From Plasmodiophora brassicae (Eukaryota), in the NCBI GenBank assembly GCA_036867785.1, contig CP145422.1:434001-498000 (forward strand): a DNA stretch of 64,000 nucleotides, in the 5' to 3' direction. Positions 1 through 12,273 of the stretch are shown piece by piece. The notes beneath the pieces are model-generated. The model saw nothing but the letters and a program-made list of their open reading frames with translations. It did not search any database and was not told the DNA's origin. A program made the translations under genes and the position numbers. Every line of letters starts with the position of its first letter. Positions within the stretch are counted from its first letter, which is position 1.

Positions 1-183
1 GCCGAACACCCATCGGATGTTCGCGTCGGCGTCGGTCCAGACGGCGGCGCCTTGTCGACCGGCCAGCTCGGCGTGCTGCGCCGACGCGCTCGTCTGCAAT
101 GGCGACAGGCTAGCCTGCACGACCCCCGACCCCAGCAACCGGGTCGCCAGGGCGAGCATCATCATCATCGTCATCATCCTCAT
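1..183 (-). CDS. 5' end of a possible gene running off the window edge, with a hydrophobic N-terminus
   Basis: The minus strand reads MRMMTMMMMLALATRLLGSGVVQA... and stays open to position 1. No homology recognised. Confidence 0.35.
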   Translation of the reverse strand, partial: MRMMTMMMMLALATRLLGSGVVQASLSPLQTSASAQHAELAGRQGAAVWTDADANIRWVFG

Positions 184-228
184 CTATATTATACCGACGG
201 CCGTACCGTCGTGGCGATCTGATGCTAG

Positions 229-597
229 TCAGGGCCCCGGCTGGCTAACGACCATCATCATGCCCTCACTCTCCGCCATGCACAGCGTCCTGCAGACGGG
301 ACACGTCAATGCTGGCGATCGATTGCCGCCGACGCCGTCATACCTGTCCGATGTCTCAATGGTGACCAGGGCGGGTTTCGACCCGGGTCGCAGGCGTTCG
401 AAGGCGTCGAGCAGGGCGCGTGACGGCCCGGCAACCGCGTCCGACACCGGACGGCCGAGGACGCCCTCGCCCCGCACCGCCATGCCCTTGTCGTCGATCA
501 GCAGGCACCCGTCGGCGCCATGCTCGAACACGCTGTCGAACACGTCATCGTGCCCTGCGCGATCCGCCTGCTGCTGCGCCTCCTGCCCCATTTCCAT
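229..597 (-). CDS. Small PAS-fold-like protein
   Basis: DVFDSVFEHGADGCLLIDDKG...VLGRPVSD resembles the N-terminal motif of PAS domains. A CPVC motif lies near the C-terminus. Confidence 0.45.
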   Translation of the reverse strand: MEMGQEAQQQADRAGHDDVFDSVFEHGADGCLLIDDKGMAVRGEGVLGRPVSDAVAGPSRALLDAFERLRPGSKPALVTIETSDRYDGVGGNRSPALTCPVCRTLCMAESEGMMMVVSQPGP

Positions 598-654
598 CGC
601 CGCCAGCGCAATATCCGCAGTCTGCCGCCCATCGATCCGTCGCCTCGCGTCGCA

Positions 655-880
655 GAGTGGCGCAGACCCGCAAGCTGCAGGCCCTCCGCGTGCGTCTGGC
701 AGCGACGCAAATCTGCAAGCTGCAGGCCCCCCGTGTCGGGGGGAGCGGCGCAAACCTGCAAGCTGCAGGCCCCCCGTGTGCATCGGGGAGCGGCGCAAAC
801 CTGCGAGCTGCAGGCGCTCCGTGCGCGTCGGGGCGTCGCGCAGACCTGCAAGCTGCAGGCCATCCGTGTCGGGGAGCGGC
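655..880. repeat. Minisatellite of 5 units (43-45 bp) with palindromic core CCTGCA-AGC-TGCAGG
   Basis: Cores resembling CGCAAACCTGCAAGCTGCAGGCC start at 661, 706, 749, 794 and 839. Confidence 0.9.
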
Positions 881-931
881 TGCGGCGATAAGTGCGGTCG
901 GGGAGAGCCCGGGCCTTAAGGGACGGTCGCG

Positions 932-3900
932 ATGACTGGCGGCCAGAAAGTCCGTGCCGCCCTGCCAGCCTCGTCATCATCGATGGGCACGCTGGTGGCG
1001 CCCCAGGCCGACGATGGCGGACCCGGCCCGGTCGCCGGCGTATTCGACGAGACGCTCACGTTCGACGAACTGCACCGCCTGATGGCCGGCAGCACGCGCG
1101 TCAACGCATCCCGCGTGAAACGCGCCGCCGTCCAGGACCCGCTGGCGGCGCTCCTGGAATCCACCCCCAGGGAGGTGTTCACGTTTGACGAGTCGGCATG
1201 CAACACCGACAGCCTCACCTGGTTTCGTGGAGCGCGCCTCTCCGACTGCACCGACCCCGACCTGTTGTCGTCCGTCGATGGCCCCGTCCATCCACAGCCG
1301 GTCAGCGCCTTGCTGGATTCGTATCGGGCCAGGCACGCCTGCGCCGTACCCGACCAACCGGTCGAACCCGTCCTGCCATCGCCTACGGTCCAGGCGCCGT
1401 CCGGCGAGTCGCTTCCCGCGGCCGACACGGAATTCGACGCGCCGCCCGCCGCCCCGAACCGAACCTGCGACATGTTCGCGCCCGAGTCGCTGCACTTCTT
1501 CGATGAAATCTCGCCGAACGCTAAGCGTCGTAAGCTGTCGGAGCCCAGCGCGGCTCTGTTTCGGTCGTCGACGTCGGATACGGAACCGGAGGAGAACATC
1601 GTGTCGCTGGCACATGACGGGATCTTGCACGGGAGGCATATCTGGGTGCCGAAGGACCCGACGCAATGCCGGTTCGTCCTGGCCGACGACGGGTTCGATG
1701 AGGCGCCCGCTGATTTCCATGATGTCGTTGTCATTGGGGAGGAGGACGCCTTGCTGGACGAAGACGAGGACGCCGGTAGCGATCCCAGCAAGCGGATCTC
1801 TCGAGCGGACCGGCGCCGTGCCCAGCTGTGGAACAATATCGTTCGCCACGAGATGGTTCGGGAGCACCGTAAATACCAGGCCCGGTTGCTGGGTTCCGTC
1901 AACCACTTCCGACGTGTGTCGTTCATCGTTGTCAAGGAGGTCCGACGTCTGGCGCTTCGCGCTCATCGCCTCGGTCGGGACGTGGCCACCAGGGCCAAGA
2001 GGTGCACTCGGGACATGCAAGCCTACTGGCGACGAATGGAAAAGGAATTGGTCGAGCGCAAGAAATCACGTGAAAAGGAAGAACTCGAAAGGCTAAAGGT
2101 CTGTTCCTGTTCTTCCTCGTGTCTTGTGAATTGTGACACGAACGTCTGCAGGCGCTTGAAGAGGCACGAGAAGCGGCCCAGCAGCAACGGAAACTAGAGT
2201 TCCTGCTGACGCAGACGGAACTGTTCTCTCACTTCATTGGTAAGAAGATGGGGTTCATTCCCGATGCCGCTACACCCGGCAACGCACCCGGGTCAACCGC
2301 CTCGACGGCACACGTGTCGCAGGTATCGCCTATCGTCAGCAATTGATCTATCGAGGCTTAGCGTTTCCGCTGTGTGCAGGTCGACGCTGAACTCCAGGAG
2401 GAAGCCGAGGCGGCAACGAAACGTTATATCCAGCAGACTCGCGATCGGGCAAGCACATTCGATCCTGTCGCTAATGGGGCGCCCAGTGAGACAGAACCTG
2501 TTCTTGAAGACCAAGAAGGTTGGCAACTGTATTTCATTGGCCGTTCGGTGGCTGATCGGGATTGGCGTTTCAGTGGATTTGCTGAACCCGTCGACCATGC
2601 CCACGAACTCGCATCTTTGGTCTGAGCCGACCATGTTCAAGGGCAGGCTGAAGGAGTATCAGGTTCGCGGGGTGAACTGGCTCATCAATCTGTACGAGCA
2701 AGGCATTAACGGGATTCTCGCTGATGAAATGGGTATGCTCGTGTGATGCTCTGACACGGCAATCGATCAACGTGCTGCTGCTGTACAGGCCTCGGCAAAA
2801 CCATCCAGGCCATCTGCCTTCTTGCCCATTTGGCTGAAGTCAAAAACATTTGGGGACCGTTTCTTGTTGTGGCACCCAATTCAACGCTGCACCAGTGGAA
2901 ACAGGTGACTGTGCGTCGTTTCTGCCTGAACCCGCGTTTGCTGATATTGCACGATAGGAACTGAACAAATTCTGCCCTCTGCTGACCGTCATTCCGTACT
3001 GGGGGACGCAGAAGGACCGAACCACGATCCGCAAGTTCTGGAAACCAAAGGCCCTGTCTCAGAAGGATTCGCCGTTTCATGTCTGCGTTACATCGTATTC
3101 CACCTTTGTCAACGACGAAAAGCACTTCCAACGCATAAAGTGGCAGTACATGGTACGCAGTCACGATCGTTGCTGAGCATGGATGGCTCAATGCATTGCC
3201 CCGCAGGTTCTCGATGAAGCGCAAGCCATCAAGAATGCCAATTCGCAGCGATGGATGCGACTGCTTAATCTCAAATGCCGTAACCGTCTACTGCTGACTG
3301 GAACACCTATTCAAAGTCAGCATATCGAGACTGCCCAACGACATTCGTTCGCCTAACGATTTCACTTAGACTCCATGGCGGAGCTGTGGGCCCTCCTACA
3401 TTTTATCATGCCGACGCTATTCGATTCCCACGAGGAATTCAACGAATGGTAGGGGGTCGTGACGTTCAGTGGCAAATCGGTTCCCTGATGTGCTCCGCAG
3501 GTTCTCGAAGGACGTTGAAAACGCGGCCACAGGAGGTGATAAGGATCGGATAGATGCTCATAAGCTCAAGCGATTGCACATGATTCTCCAGCCATTCATG
3601 CTGAGACGTGTAAAGGTGCGTGTGCGACTGCTTGCCGCCTGTGTACGCTTTGCATGCGGGTGCTGATGCTGTCGTCAGAGTGACGTTGAACATGAAATGC
3701 CGAAGAAGACTGAAATCCACCTGAGCTGCAACCTCTCGCAGCGCCAGCGCACGCTTTATCGAGCGCTGCAGAACAAGATATCGTTCGCCGATCTGGGTGA
3801 CACGTCCCTGATGAGCAAGGAGAACCTGATGAACCTCGTCATGCAGTTCCGGAAGGTGTGCAATCACCCGGAAGTCTTCGAACGGAGCTGGGCCCATTCT

Positions 3901-5508
3901 CCGTTCCAGTTTACGTTCGACTCCTATGTCCCCAGCGCCTCAACGACGGGTGGGGGTCGCGGCGTCGGGGCAACGCCCTCGATCGACGCTGTGATCCCAA
4001 CCGCCCACAACCCGGTCGCGTTACGTGTTCCGCGTTGCGTTCTCAACCTTGTCTCCAGCGCTGCCGTGTCTCCGAAACGCTCGCTGTGGCACCCTTCTTA
4101 CATTGCGGGATCATCGTCGTTCTCCTTCCATCGCCTTATCGATGCGTCTCCCTCCGAAGTTGCGTTCGCGTTCTGGAGCCAACGTTCCCCTCTCCACGCG
4201 TGGCTTGCCATTGTCGCCATTCGCCACTTGTTACAAAGGCTGGACCCGCCTTCCTCGTGGTATGGTGACGTTGACGATGGTGTGGAGCGGGATGCGCTGG
4301 GGTTTGCCGTAAGACTGATCTGTGCGTTGCCTGCTTGTGATTGGGCTCTGACACTGGACGTTCCAGAAGCGCACATCCTCCGCCTGGCGCATTAGAGATC
4401 GGCTGATGATACGCCATCGATGCGCGTCGTCGGCCCCGTTTGAGGCTATGTCGTCCGCGACGATTTCCACGCTGTCGCATCTCGTGCGCGCCCTCCCCAT
4501 CCTTCGTGTACCGGACGATCGCGTTGCGGCTGCCCCTCAGGAGATGATCGTGTCCTGTCGACGAACGTTCGTGCGGATGTGTGACGGTGCTCATTCGGGT
4601 TTGCGTCGTTTGTCACATGCCACCGTAACTTTATGCTGACTGGCGACCTGCAGGCTGGGAAAGGACGGTTCTGACCGGAGTCGACTGTCGGCCGTGGTGT
4701 CCGGATCCTGCTTCTCGCTGTCGCAATGACGGCCTGCTACTTCCTGGACTAGCGATGCCTTCGCGGTACGCGGACGCGGTTGGCCCGGCAGCGCTGGCCA
4801 GCTGCCAGCACACGATGGTGGTGAAAGGCCTGTGCCGGCCCCTGTTTGACGCTGTCGGCTCCAACCGGAGCCAGGTGTTCGCACCCCATCCCGGCAAGCT
4901 GATCGCCGACTCTGGCAAGCTGATGGTCCTGGACAGGCTGCTCGCGAAACTGAAAGGTTTGTGGGGGATCGACGCGCAACGGATTGGCCACCGCGGCGCA
5001 ACTGACTGGCATTCGCCCTCCAGCGGAAGGGCATCGCGTCCTCATCTTCTCGCAGATGAAGAAGATGATCGACATTCTGGAGGACTACATGCACTACCGG
5101 AAGTACTCCCTGTTCCGTCTGGACGGCGGCACCGACCTTGCCGACCGTCGCGACATGGTCAACGACTTCCAGGCGAACGACGACACGTTCGCGTTCCTGC
5201 TGTCGACGCGCGCCGGCGGCCTCGGCATCACGCTGACGGCTGCCGACACGGTCATCTTCTTCGACAGCGACTGGAACAACACGATGGACGCGCAGGCGCA
5301 GGACCGCGTCCACCGCATCGGCCAGACGAAGCCGGTCACCGTCTACCGGCTCGTCTGCACGGGCACCGTCGAGGAGCGCATCCTGAAGCGCGCCCAGGAG
5401 AAGTTCGAGATCCAGAAGATGGTCTACTCGGGCCAGTTCAAGCTGCAGAAGGACGTCGACCTGTTCAAGAAGAGCGAGCTGAAGGACTTCCTCCGCGACA
5501 CGATATGA
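932..5508 (+). CDS. INO80: INO80 chromatin-remodelling ATPase (multi-exon)
   Basis: DBINO region ([23 protein letters not shown] after splicing), [33 protein letters not shown], split helicase insertion, and HELICc motifs [11 protein letters not shown] and [13 protein letters not shown]. Confidence 0.95.
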
Positions 5509-5660
5509 CGCGCGCGTTCATCGTCGTCGTCGAGTAAGTACACTGGCAAACGGTATATATTGTAGGGCCCGGCGTGCTGCTGCCGCTCTGCTGTACACGT
5601 CGCGCCATCAGGAGGAACGGGCGGGCGTTTAGCGTCCGTTCGTCCGTCCGCCCACCCGAG

Positions 5661-8600
5661 TTATAGGGATCCCAGGTCGGTGTCGGCGCCCGTGCTCGAC
5701 GAGCCGGTCAGCGACCCCAGGCGGGCGGACGCGGCGGGCCGGATGGCCGTCGGCGCCGCCGCCTGCGTCAGCTGCCAGTGGCGCACGCCGTTGGACTCGG
5801 CGGCCGCCGTCCGCAGCGGCGGGAAGGTCCGCGTGACGAGGTCCGGCGACGACACCTGGAACACGTGCACCGCCTCGGAGATGCCCTTGTAGGCGTGCGT
5901 GCCCAGGTCGGTGAACACGCCGGGGAACGTGTCGCGGACGGCCTCGTAGACGGCGCGGTCGCACACGATCTGGCCGCCGTGCGCGCTGTCGGCGATGCGG
6001 GACGCCCGGTTGACGACCGACCCGAAGTAGTCCATCCTGGAGGTGACCGGGTTCCGCCGACAGTTCGGGTAGCCGACGTTGACGCCCATCCGGACGCGCA
6101 GGCCGCAGAAGACGATGCGCCCGTTGTCGTCGATGACTCGCCTGGCCGACTCGTGGCAGTTGACGAGGTCCTCGGGCCACGAGCAGTACAGCAGCGCGTT
6201 CTGGACGGCGATGCACCAGGACAGGGCGAGCTCGGCGGACGCGAACGACACCATGAACGCGTCGCCCTCGGTCTTGACCTCGTAGCCCTTGAACTGGCGC
6301 AGGTGGTCCCGGACGATCTTGTCGTGGTGCTTCAGCGCCAGGTCCATCATGTCGGAGCAGCGCTCCCACAGGACCGTCGAGCTCTGTATGTCGGTGAACA
6401 CGAACGTGACCTCGCCGGTCGGCGCCTCCTGGAAGAACGAGTTGTGCACGATGGACGGCATGCTGAGCTCGGCGCTGTAGTCGACGCTGCCCTGGCCGAC
6501 GGCGCTGGCGTCCTCGGCGCCGTACTCGTCCGGCGGCCCCTTGGCCATGTTCTTCAGCACGTCGATCCACCTGTACATCTCCTCCTCCGTGTCGGCGGCC
6601 AGGTTGTAGACCCGGTCGGAATTCGACAGGATGAACCGGTAGGCGAAGTCGGAGCGGGACCGGACGCCGCTGGGTTCGCCCGGTTTCGCCGTCGACCCCG
6701 TCTGCGACGACGCGTGCGCGCCGACGCCCCGCGTGATCAGTATCGACCCGGTGTACTTCATCGAGAAGTACCGCATGGTGCACCCCTCGAGGATGAAGTA
6801 CAGGGACCGCCACGTGCCTTTGTGGCACCGCTTCTTCAGCCACCCTTCCAGGCGGTGGACGGCCTGCGACCCGTGCGGGCACTTGGACGCCTCGATCGAC
6901 TCGCCGATCGCCTAGCGGCACCACGTCAGGCAACGATCATCCGGGACCCGGCACAGATCTGGAGCAACACACCTTGATCCAGCGCATCATCTCCTCATGC
7001 GACGACGACGCCATGTAGAGCGGGCGCCCGCGCGACTTGGACACGTACGAGAACGCGTAGTTGGATTTCGACGTCCCCGACAGGGCAAAGTCGCACATGT
7101 CGCAGACCTTCCCCGTCATCAGCGTCCCGGTCGACGGTTCCTGCGCCGAACAAGGTCGTCAGCGCGCTGGCGAAGTAACGCGGGCGGATGGATGGGGGAC
7201 GCCTACCGTGAAGCTGAGGACCTGCCCGGTGCACCCGTGACAGAACTGGTTGTTGCAATAGTCGCACATGGCCCTTCTGTTCGTCAGCGTGTACGTCGTC
7301 AGGCAATTCGGGCACTCGTCCTGCTGGATGCGCGTGACGACGTCCTGCGACGACCGCTTGCGCCTCTGCGCCACGAACCGGGGGAACGTGTCGCTGCGCA
7401 GCTGGGACAGGATCTGGCGCAGGGCGTCGTCGAAGATGGTGGGCGGCAGCAGCTTGCGGTCGTGGGCCAGCACGACGCTGTCCAGCAGGTCCTCTCGCAT
7501 CTCATCCCACAGGAACACTTCGTGCGGGGCGCCAGGGCGGATGTACTTCTCGAAGATCCTCTGCCCGGCGTTGAACTGTTGCGTCGACTCGCGCGGCATC
7601 TCCTGGAACGCTTTCACGTCCAGGTAGAAATCGATGGTCGCCTCCTGACCGAGCGAACGCGCGAACGCCTTCAGCTCCGACACCTTCGCCGGGTCCAGCA
7701 GGAACTTCTCCAGCGCGCAATCCTCGTTTAGCTTCGAACGGGGGAACAGCTTCACGACGCCGTCCTCGATCTGCGTAATGCCTTCCAGCCGCCCCTTGAA
7801 GCATTGCAGGTTGGGCGCCACGAGCCGGTAGTACCGCGGGCGCCAGTACTGTGCACAACCGTCAGATGCCCTGAGCACACCAACCACCGATGCAGAGTCG
7901 CTTACGCGATGCGACGACGACTTCTTGGCGAGCCAGCCCTCGTACAGCGCCGCCGCGTGGTGGGCGACCGGCGATTCGTCATGAGCGACCGAGGCGCGCG
8001 GGACGACCTCGTCCCGGTTCGGATCCAGACGCAGCGCCTGGAACGCGCTCAGGTTCTTTGACACGGAATCGTCGGCGCCGTCGACGGACGCGACCTGGCT
8101 CGATGCCGACATCGTGACCGACAAGTCCCAAGACGGTCGTACCGCCGACGACGTCGCCGTTTGAGCAGCGCCAAGACCGAGCAGTTGGTCGCCCGGCAGG
8201 GCAGCGCACGTGCTGTTCTTCTGCGACAGGTGCCGGCGAAGTTTCGTAACGGACGCCAGCAGCGGCTGGTCGGTCCAGGCGACCGGCAGCGCGCTTCGCG
8301 ACAGCGCCAGGTACGCCGACGAGATGGCCTTCAGGCATTCGCTGCGTCGCGTAAAACGCATACGAACGTCGCGCTCCTTGGCGACTTTGAACACGATCTC
8401 GTGCGACGACGACGAACAGATGACGCCGTACAGGCGGCGCAGGTCAATGTCGCGGCGTGGCTTCTTGTAGACGTGCGGCGAATAATAGATGAGCGACAGG
8501 TTCGTCACGAGAAGGTGCCGCTCGTCAAACACGCCGGCGTGGTCGCTTTTGTGGACGGCGTCGGCGAACACGACCCGCTCGACGGGCGTCTCCGCCAGCT

Positions 8601-8733
8601 GAATGCGCTGTTCGCTGTTGAGGTACTCCTGGACCTCGGGCCGGCCGGCCAGGCGCAGATAGTCACCGTTCATAGGGTGCAGTTCCGCGATCGCATCGCG
8701 ATAGTCGACCGCCAGGCCAGCGACGACGTCCAT
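5661..8733 (-). CDS. Soluble class III adenylate cyclase with myosin-TH1-like, split PH (RGS + FYVE-like insert) and second PH domains (multi-exon)
   Basis: Cyclase motifs [37 protein letters not shown] and [17 protein letters not shown] motifs [16 protein letters not shown] and DTFPRF. PH motifs EGWLxK and EMxRWI. Short introns at about 7850-7905, 7143-7205 and 6913-6972. Confidence 0.88.
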
Positions 8734-9000
8734 GACGGCGGGCCGCCGTCGTCGTCGGTCGGCCGTTCCTGCAGCAGCGTTGTAACGCAATCACCCCAAC
8801 CGGGCGCGCGCTGGCCACGCCAACGCCGACGCCGCGCACTTCCCGCCCCGCTATTTCAGGTGCACCGCCCCAGTCACCGCGCAATATTGCGCGACTGCGC
8901 GACTGCAGCCCGCAGTCGGGGACAACCACGGTCCGTTTATTCGTCGGCACTGATAACAGCACGGTACAAATATAGAAGGTGCCCTGGCGTCGAATGCCGT

Positions 9001-11767
9001 CTACGACATGGCGGCGCGCGCGACCGTCGTCCGCTTCAGGGTGACCTCGTTGACGCGCATCGACCCGGTCCCGTCGACCTGCTGCTGCTGCTGCTGCTGC
9101 TGCTGCGGCAGCGGAGGGTTCACGGGCGGTCGACCGCCCGACGACCGGTTGTTGGCCGCCTTCAGGTTCCAGTTCGTGGTGTCGTTCAAATCGGGGCGGT
9201 ACACGATGACGTAGAAGTTGTACCACACGACGGAGATGACGGTCGTCAGCGTCGTCACCAGCAGGCCGGCCTCGCGGATGATGGCCGCCATCGACGCCTG
9301 CTGGATGCCGAGCGCGATGGAAAACGCGCCCGCCCCGATGAACGCCGTGTTGTACTGCAGGTCAGGTTAGGGCGCGCGTCATATACACGTGCGTGGGCAC
9401 ACGGGGGGTCGCAGCGGTTACCAGTGCGAATGCGATGCGCTTGGATTCGTTGAAGGCGTCGGCGACGTTCCGCGTCCTGATCGACTGGTACACGCCGATG
9501 ACGCTGAGGACGATCTTCGGCACGCAGCTGATGGCGATCCAGGCGGACGTGCTCTGCGACCGGCACATGTACGCGTACGTCTGGTCGGTCAGCGCCACTG
9601 CCTGGATGCGGAGCGGGTCCAGGACCTGCCAGGCGGCGCAGATCAGCGCCTCGACGGCCGCGACGCAGGCGACGATCTTGGCGAGGTCGCCGGACGACAT
9701 GACCTTGATCTGCAGCCTGTTGTCCCCGATCTGGTCGAACAGGCGCATGACGCGGTACGTCTTGGCGAACAGCGCCCCGAAGCAGATCGCCCAGCCGACT
9801 GAGATCGCCCAGACCTGCACCATGCACGACCGGTCGAGCACGACCAGCGACATGCCCAGCGACACGTCGAACGACATCCAGATGCCGGTCGTCAGCGCTA
9901 GGACGGCTCCGCCCATCATCAGCATGTTGAACGGGGCGCTCGACGCCTTCACGATCGGCTCCCGGCGGTACTGCCACACGGCGACCATCGTGGCGACGAC
10001 GATCGCGATCGCCGCCGTCGACAACAGGATGCAGATCGTGGCGATGCCGGACCCGACCGTCACCAGGGTCGGCTGCGGGCCGATCCTCAGGTCGAACACC
10101 TGCTCGGTGATCGTCGACACCTTCAACCCGGCCCGGATCGTCACCGCCCGCAGCACGACGCGCCCGCTCGTGCTGATCGTGAACGGGCCCGTGTACGGTT
10201 CCGACGAGTCGTCCGGCTTGCTGCCGTCGAGGGTGAAGTAGATCGTGGCCCCTTGCGTCGCCGTGGTCAGGTTGACCACCACCGGGCCGTTGCCGACGGT
10301 GTCAGACGCGTGCACCGTCGGCGGGTTCGACACGTTGAAGTGGACCTGCTGGCGCATGATCTCCATCTGGCCCAGCCAGGGCACGATGCCGTCGGCGCCG
10401 AGCGGGTCCAGCAGGATGCCCTGGAACACGCGGTACGCCAGGTTGAAGATCTCGGGCGGCGTGTCCCGGTCGAACACCTGGAACACGTGGTCGGCCCTGT
10501 TCAGGATGCCGAGCGCCTTCTGGTCCAGCGGGTTCGAGATGTTGCCCTTGGCGTACCTGTTGCAGGGTAGCCCCCAAGGGTTGAATGGCGCCGACGTGCG
10601 TCGCATCGAGGCCTCCTTCGACGCCAACCACCCGACAACCTCCATCGCCGCCTTCCGGTTGCGGACGCGGGCCGATATGGCGATCCCGTCGGCGGGCGCG
10701 TTCTCCCCAACCGGCAGCGACGTGTCGTAGATCGGGAACGGGAAGTAGTCGAGGCTGAGCCAGATGTCAGAATTGCTGCGATGGGCGGCGAATGAACGCG
10801 GCGTACTCGTCGACGAGGGCCCAGGCGTTGTACTGGACCCAGCCGCCAGCGTACCCCATGCCATGGGTGCCCTGGAAGACGCCGTCGGGCACGTCGCCCC
10901 CATTGCGGATGTCGTTCCGCGACACGTACCCGAGGTCGATGATCCGGATCCATTCCCTGAACGTGTTGACGACGGACGGGTCGGTCCAGGCGGTCTTGCC
11001 TTCGAGCAGGGCCTGGTGGGCGGCAGGGCCGTTGATGCGCATGTGGAAGTAGTCGAACCAGGTGACGCCGGGCCAGAGCGCCGCGTTGCCCATCTCGATG
11101 GGGCGCAGGCCGGCGCGCCGCAGCACCTCGCAGCAGAGCATCCACTCGTCCCAGGTGTGGGGCGGCGACAGGTTGTACCGCCGGAAGACCGACTTGCGGT
11201 AGAACATGCCCCAGTAGCTGAAGCCTGACGCATGTGCCATATTAGTAGGCGCGCGCCCGAACAGCGGATCCGGTTGCGCCCCAACTGATTGGGACGACGA
11301 ATGGGTGGCCGTTCGTCGCGTTCGACGCCCCTTTCAGCCAGCCGGCGTCGATCTGGTCGTACAGGTCGTAGTCCAGGAAGACCTGATACAGGTCGAGCAG
11401 CTTATTCTCAGCAATCAGGTTGCGCGTCCCATCGCCGCCCGAGTACTGCTGCAGGACCTGCCGTCGGGGCGGTCACACGACGTGGCGACCTGGTTCCGGT
11501 AGCGTTGGCGCGTACCTCTGGGCCCTGCTCGACCGACAAGTAGCTCCAAACGTCGTCCTTCATGGGCTGGTCGGTGGTCATGTAGACGACCAGCTTATAG
11601 TCGGGCCGCACGTCATTGACGAACGCGTTCAGCTCGTCGTACAGGAACGGCTCGTTGCCGATGTGGTCGAATATCAGCGACAGCGTCGACGTGGAGTTGG
11701 TCATCATGAAGACATCGGCGCTGGCTAGTAGGCGCAGGCAGAACCAGACGACAGCGGGCACCAGCAT
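9001..11767 (-). CDS. Class C (GABA-B-like) GPCR with a bacterial-type extracellular solute-binding domain and a chitobiase/Fn3-associated domain (multi-exon)
   Basis: Signal peptide MLVPAVVWFCLRLLASA. SBP motifs YWGMFYRKSVF and PPHTWDEW. Fn3-associated motif ATIYFTLDGSKP. 7TM_3 motifs IVKASSAPF, FGALFAKTYRV and FNESKRI. Poly-Gln cytoplasmic tail. Confidence 0.88.
9079..9105. repeat. (CTG)n microsatellite encoding poly-Gln in the GPCR tail
   Basis: About 9 tandem CTG units are visible. Confidence 0.9.
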
Positions 11768-12201
11768 CGACGCGCCCCCGACAAGGCTCCAGACACACCC
11801 AGGCCGCGGCGCTTCCTGCAGGACAGAGCTGACTGTCCCAGAGCGGAACTGTGCGGTCCTGTCCCGCAGTGCCAGGTGCAGCTCGCAGTGACTCGCACTC
11901 GGTGCCGCGCCGACCGGTCGTTCATGGTCGCCGACCCACTGCCCGCACTGCTGGGCACCGTTCGGTACTGCAGTCCACCGCCGTTGGCAAGTCAACACGA
12001 CGTCAACGCCATCGCGGCGTACCTTGACTGAACTGTGGCACAGTTAGCGGGGGTCTGACTTGGTTGGGAGCCTCCTCCCCACGGGCCGACCGGGCCATCG
12101 CGTCGCTCCACGCTAGTGGCCTTGCTGCACAACCCTAAAGTGGTCGAGTGCCTTCAGTTCAGTCAGAAGACCCATCTGCCGCCAAAAAAGGAGTCAACTA
12201 T

Positions 12202-12273
12202 GGGCCCTTCCGCGAATCGAACGCGGGACCATTCCGACCCTAACGGAATATTATGCCACTAAACCAAAGGGCC
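12202..12273 (-). tRNA. tRNA-Pro (AGG)
   Basis: Acceptor stem GGCCCTT/AAGGGCC, anticodon loop TTAGGGT, T-loop TTCGATT, and a downstream T6 Pol III terminator. Confidence 0.95.

Noticed and set aside
655-880. CRISPR array interpretation of the palindromic repeats
   Set aside because: The intervening sequences are short and similar to one another, there are no cas genes, and the context is eukaryotic.
17-980. Long overlapping ORFs (17-919, 420-935, 498-980)
   Set aside because: They run through a GC-rich minisatellite and antisense to another ORF, with no protein motifs.
932-5508. Apparent frameshifts in INO80 (also PLAA, SPT5, insulysin) suggesting pseudogenes or recoding
   Set aside because: The breaks examined coincide with GT-AG introns of about 50-60 bp that restore the conserved motifs.
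5629-6977. ORFs 5629-6933 (-) and 5778-6977 (+)
   Set aside because: Shadow frames of the cyclase gene caused by high third-position GC.
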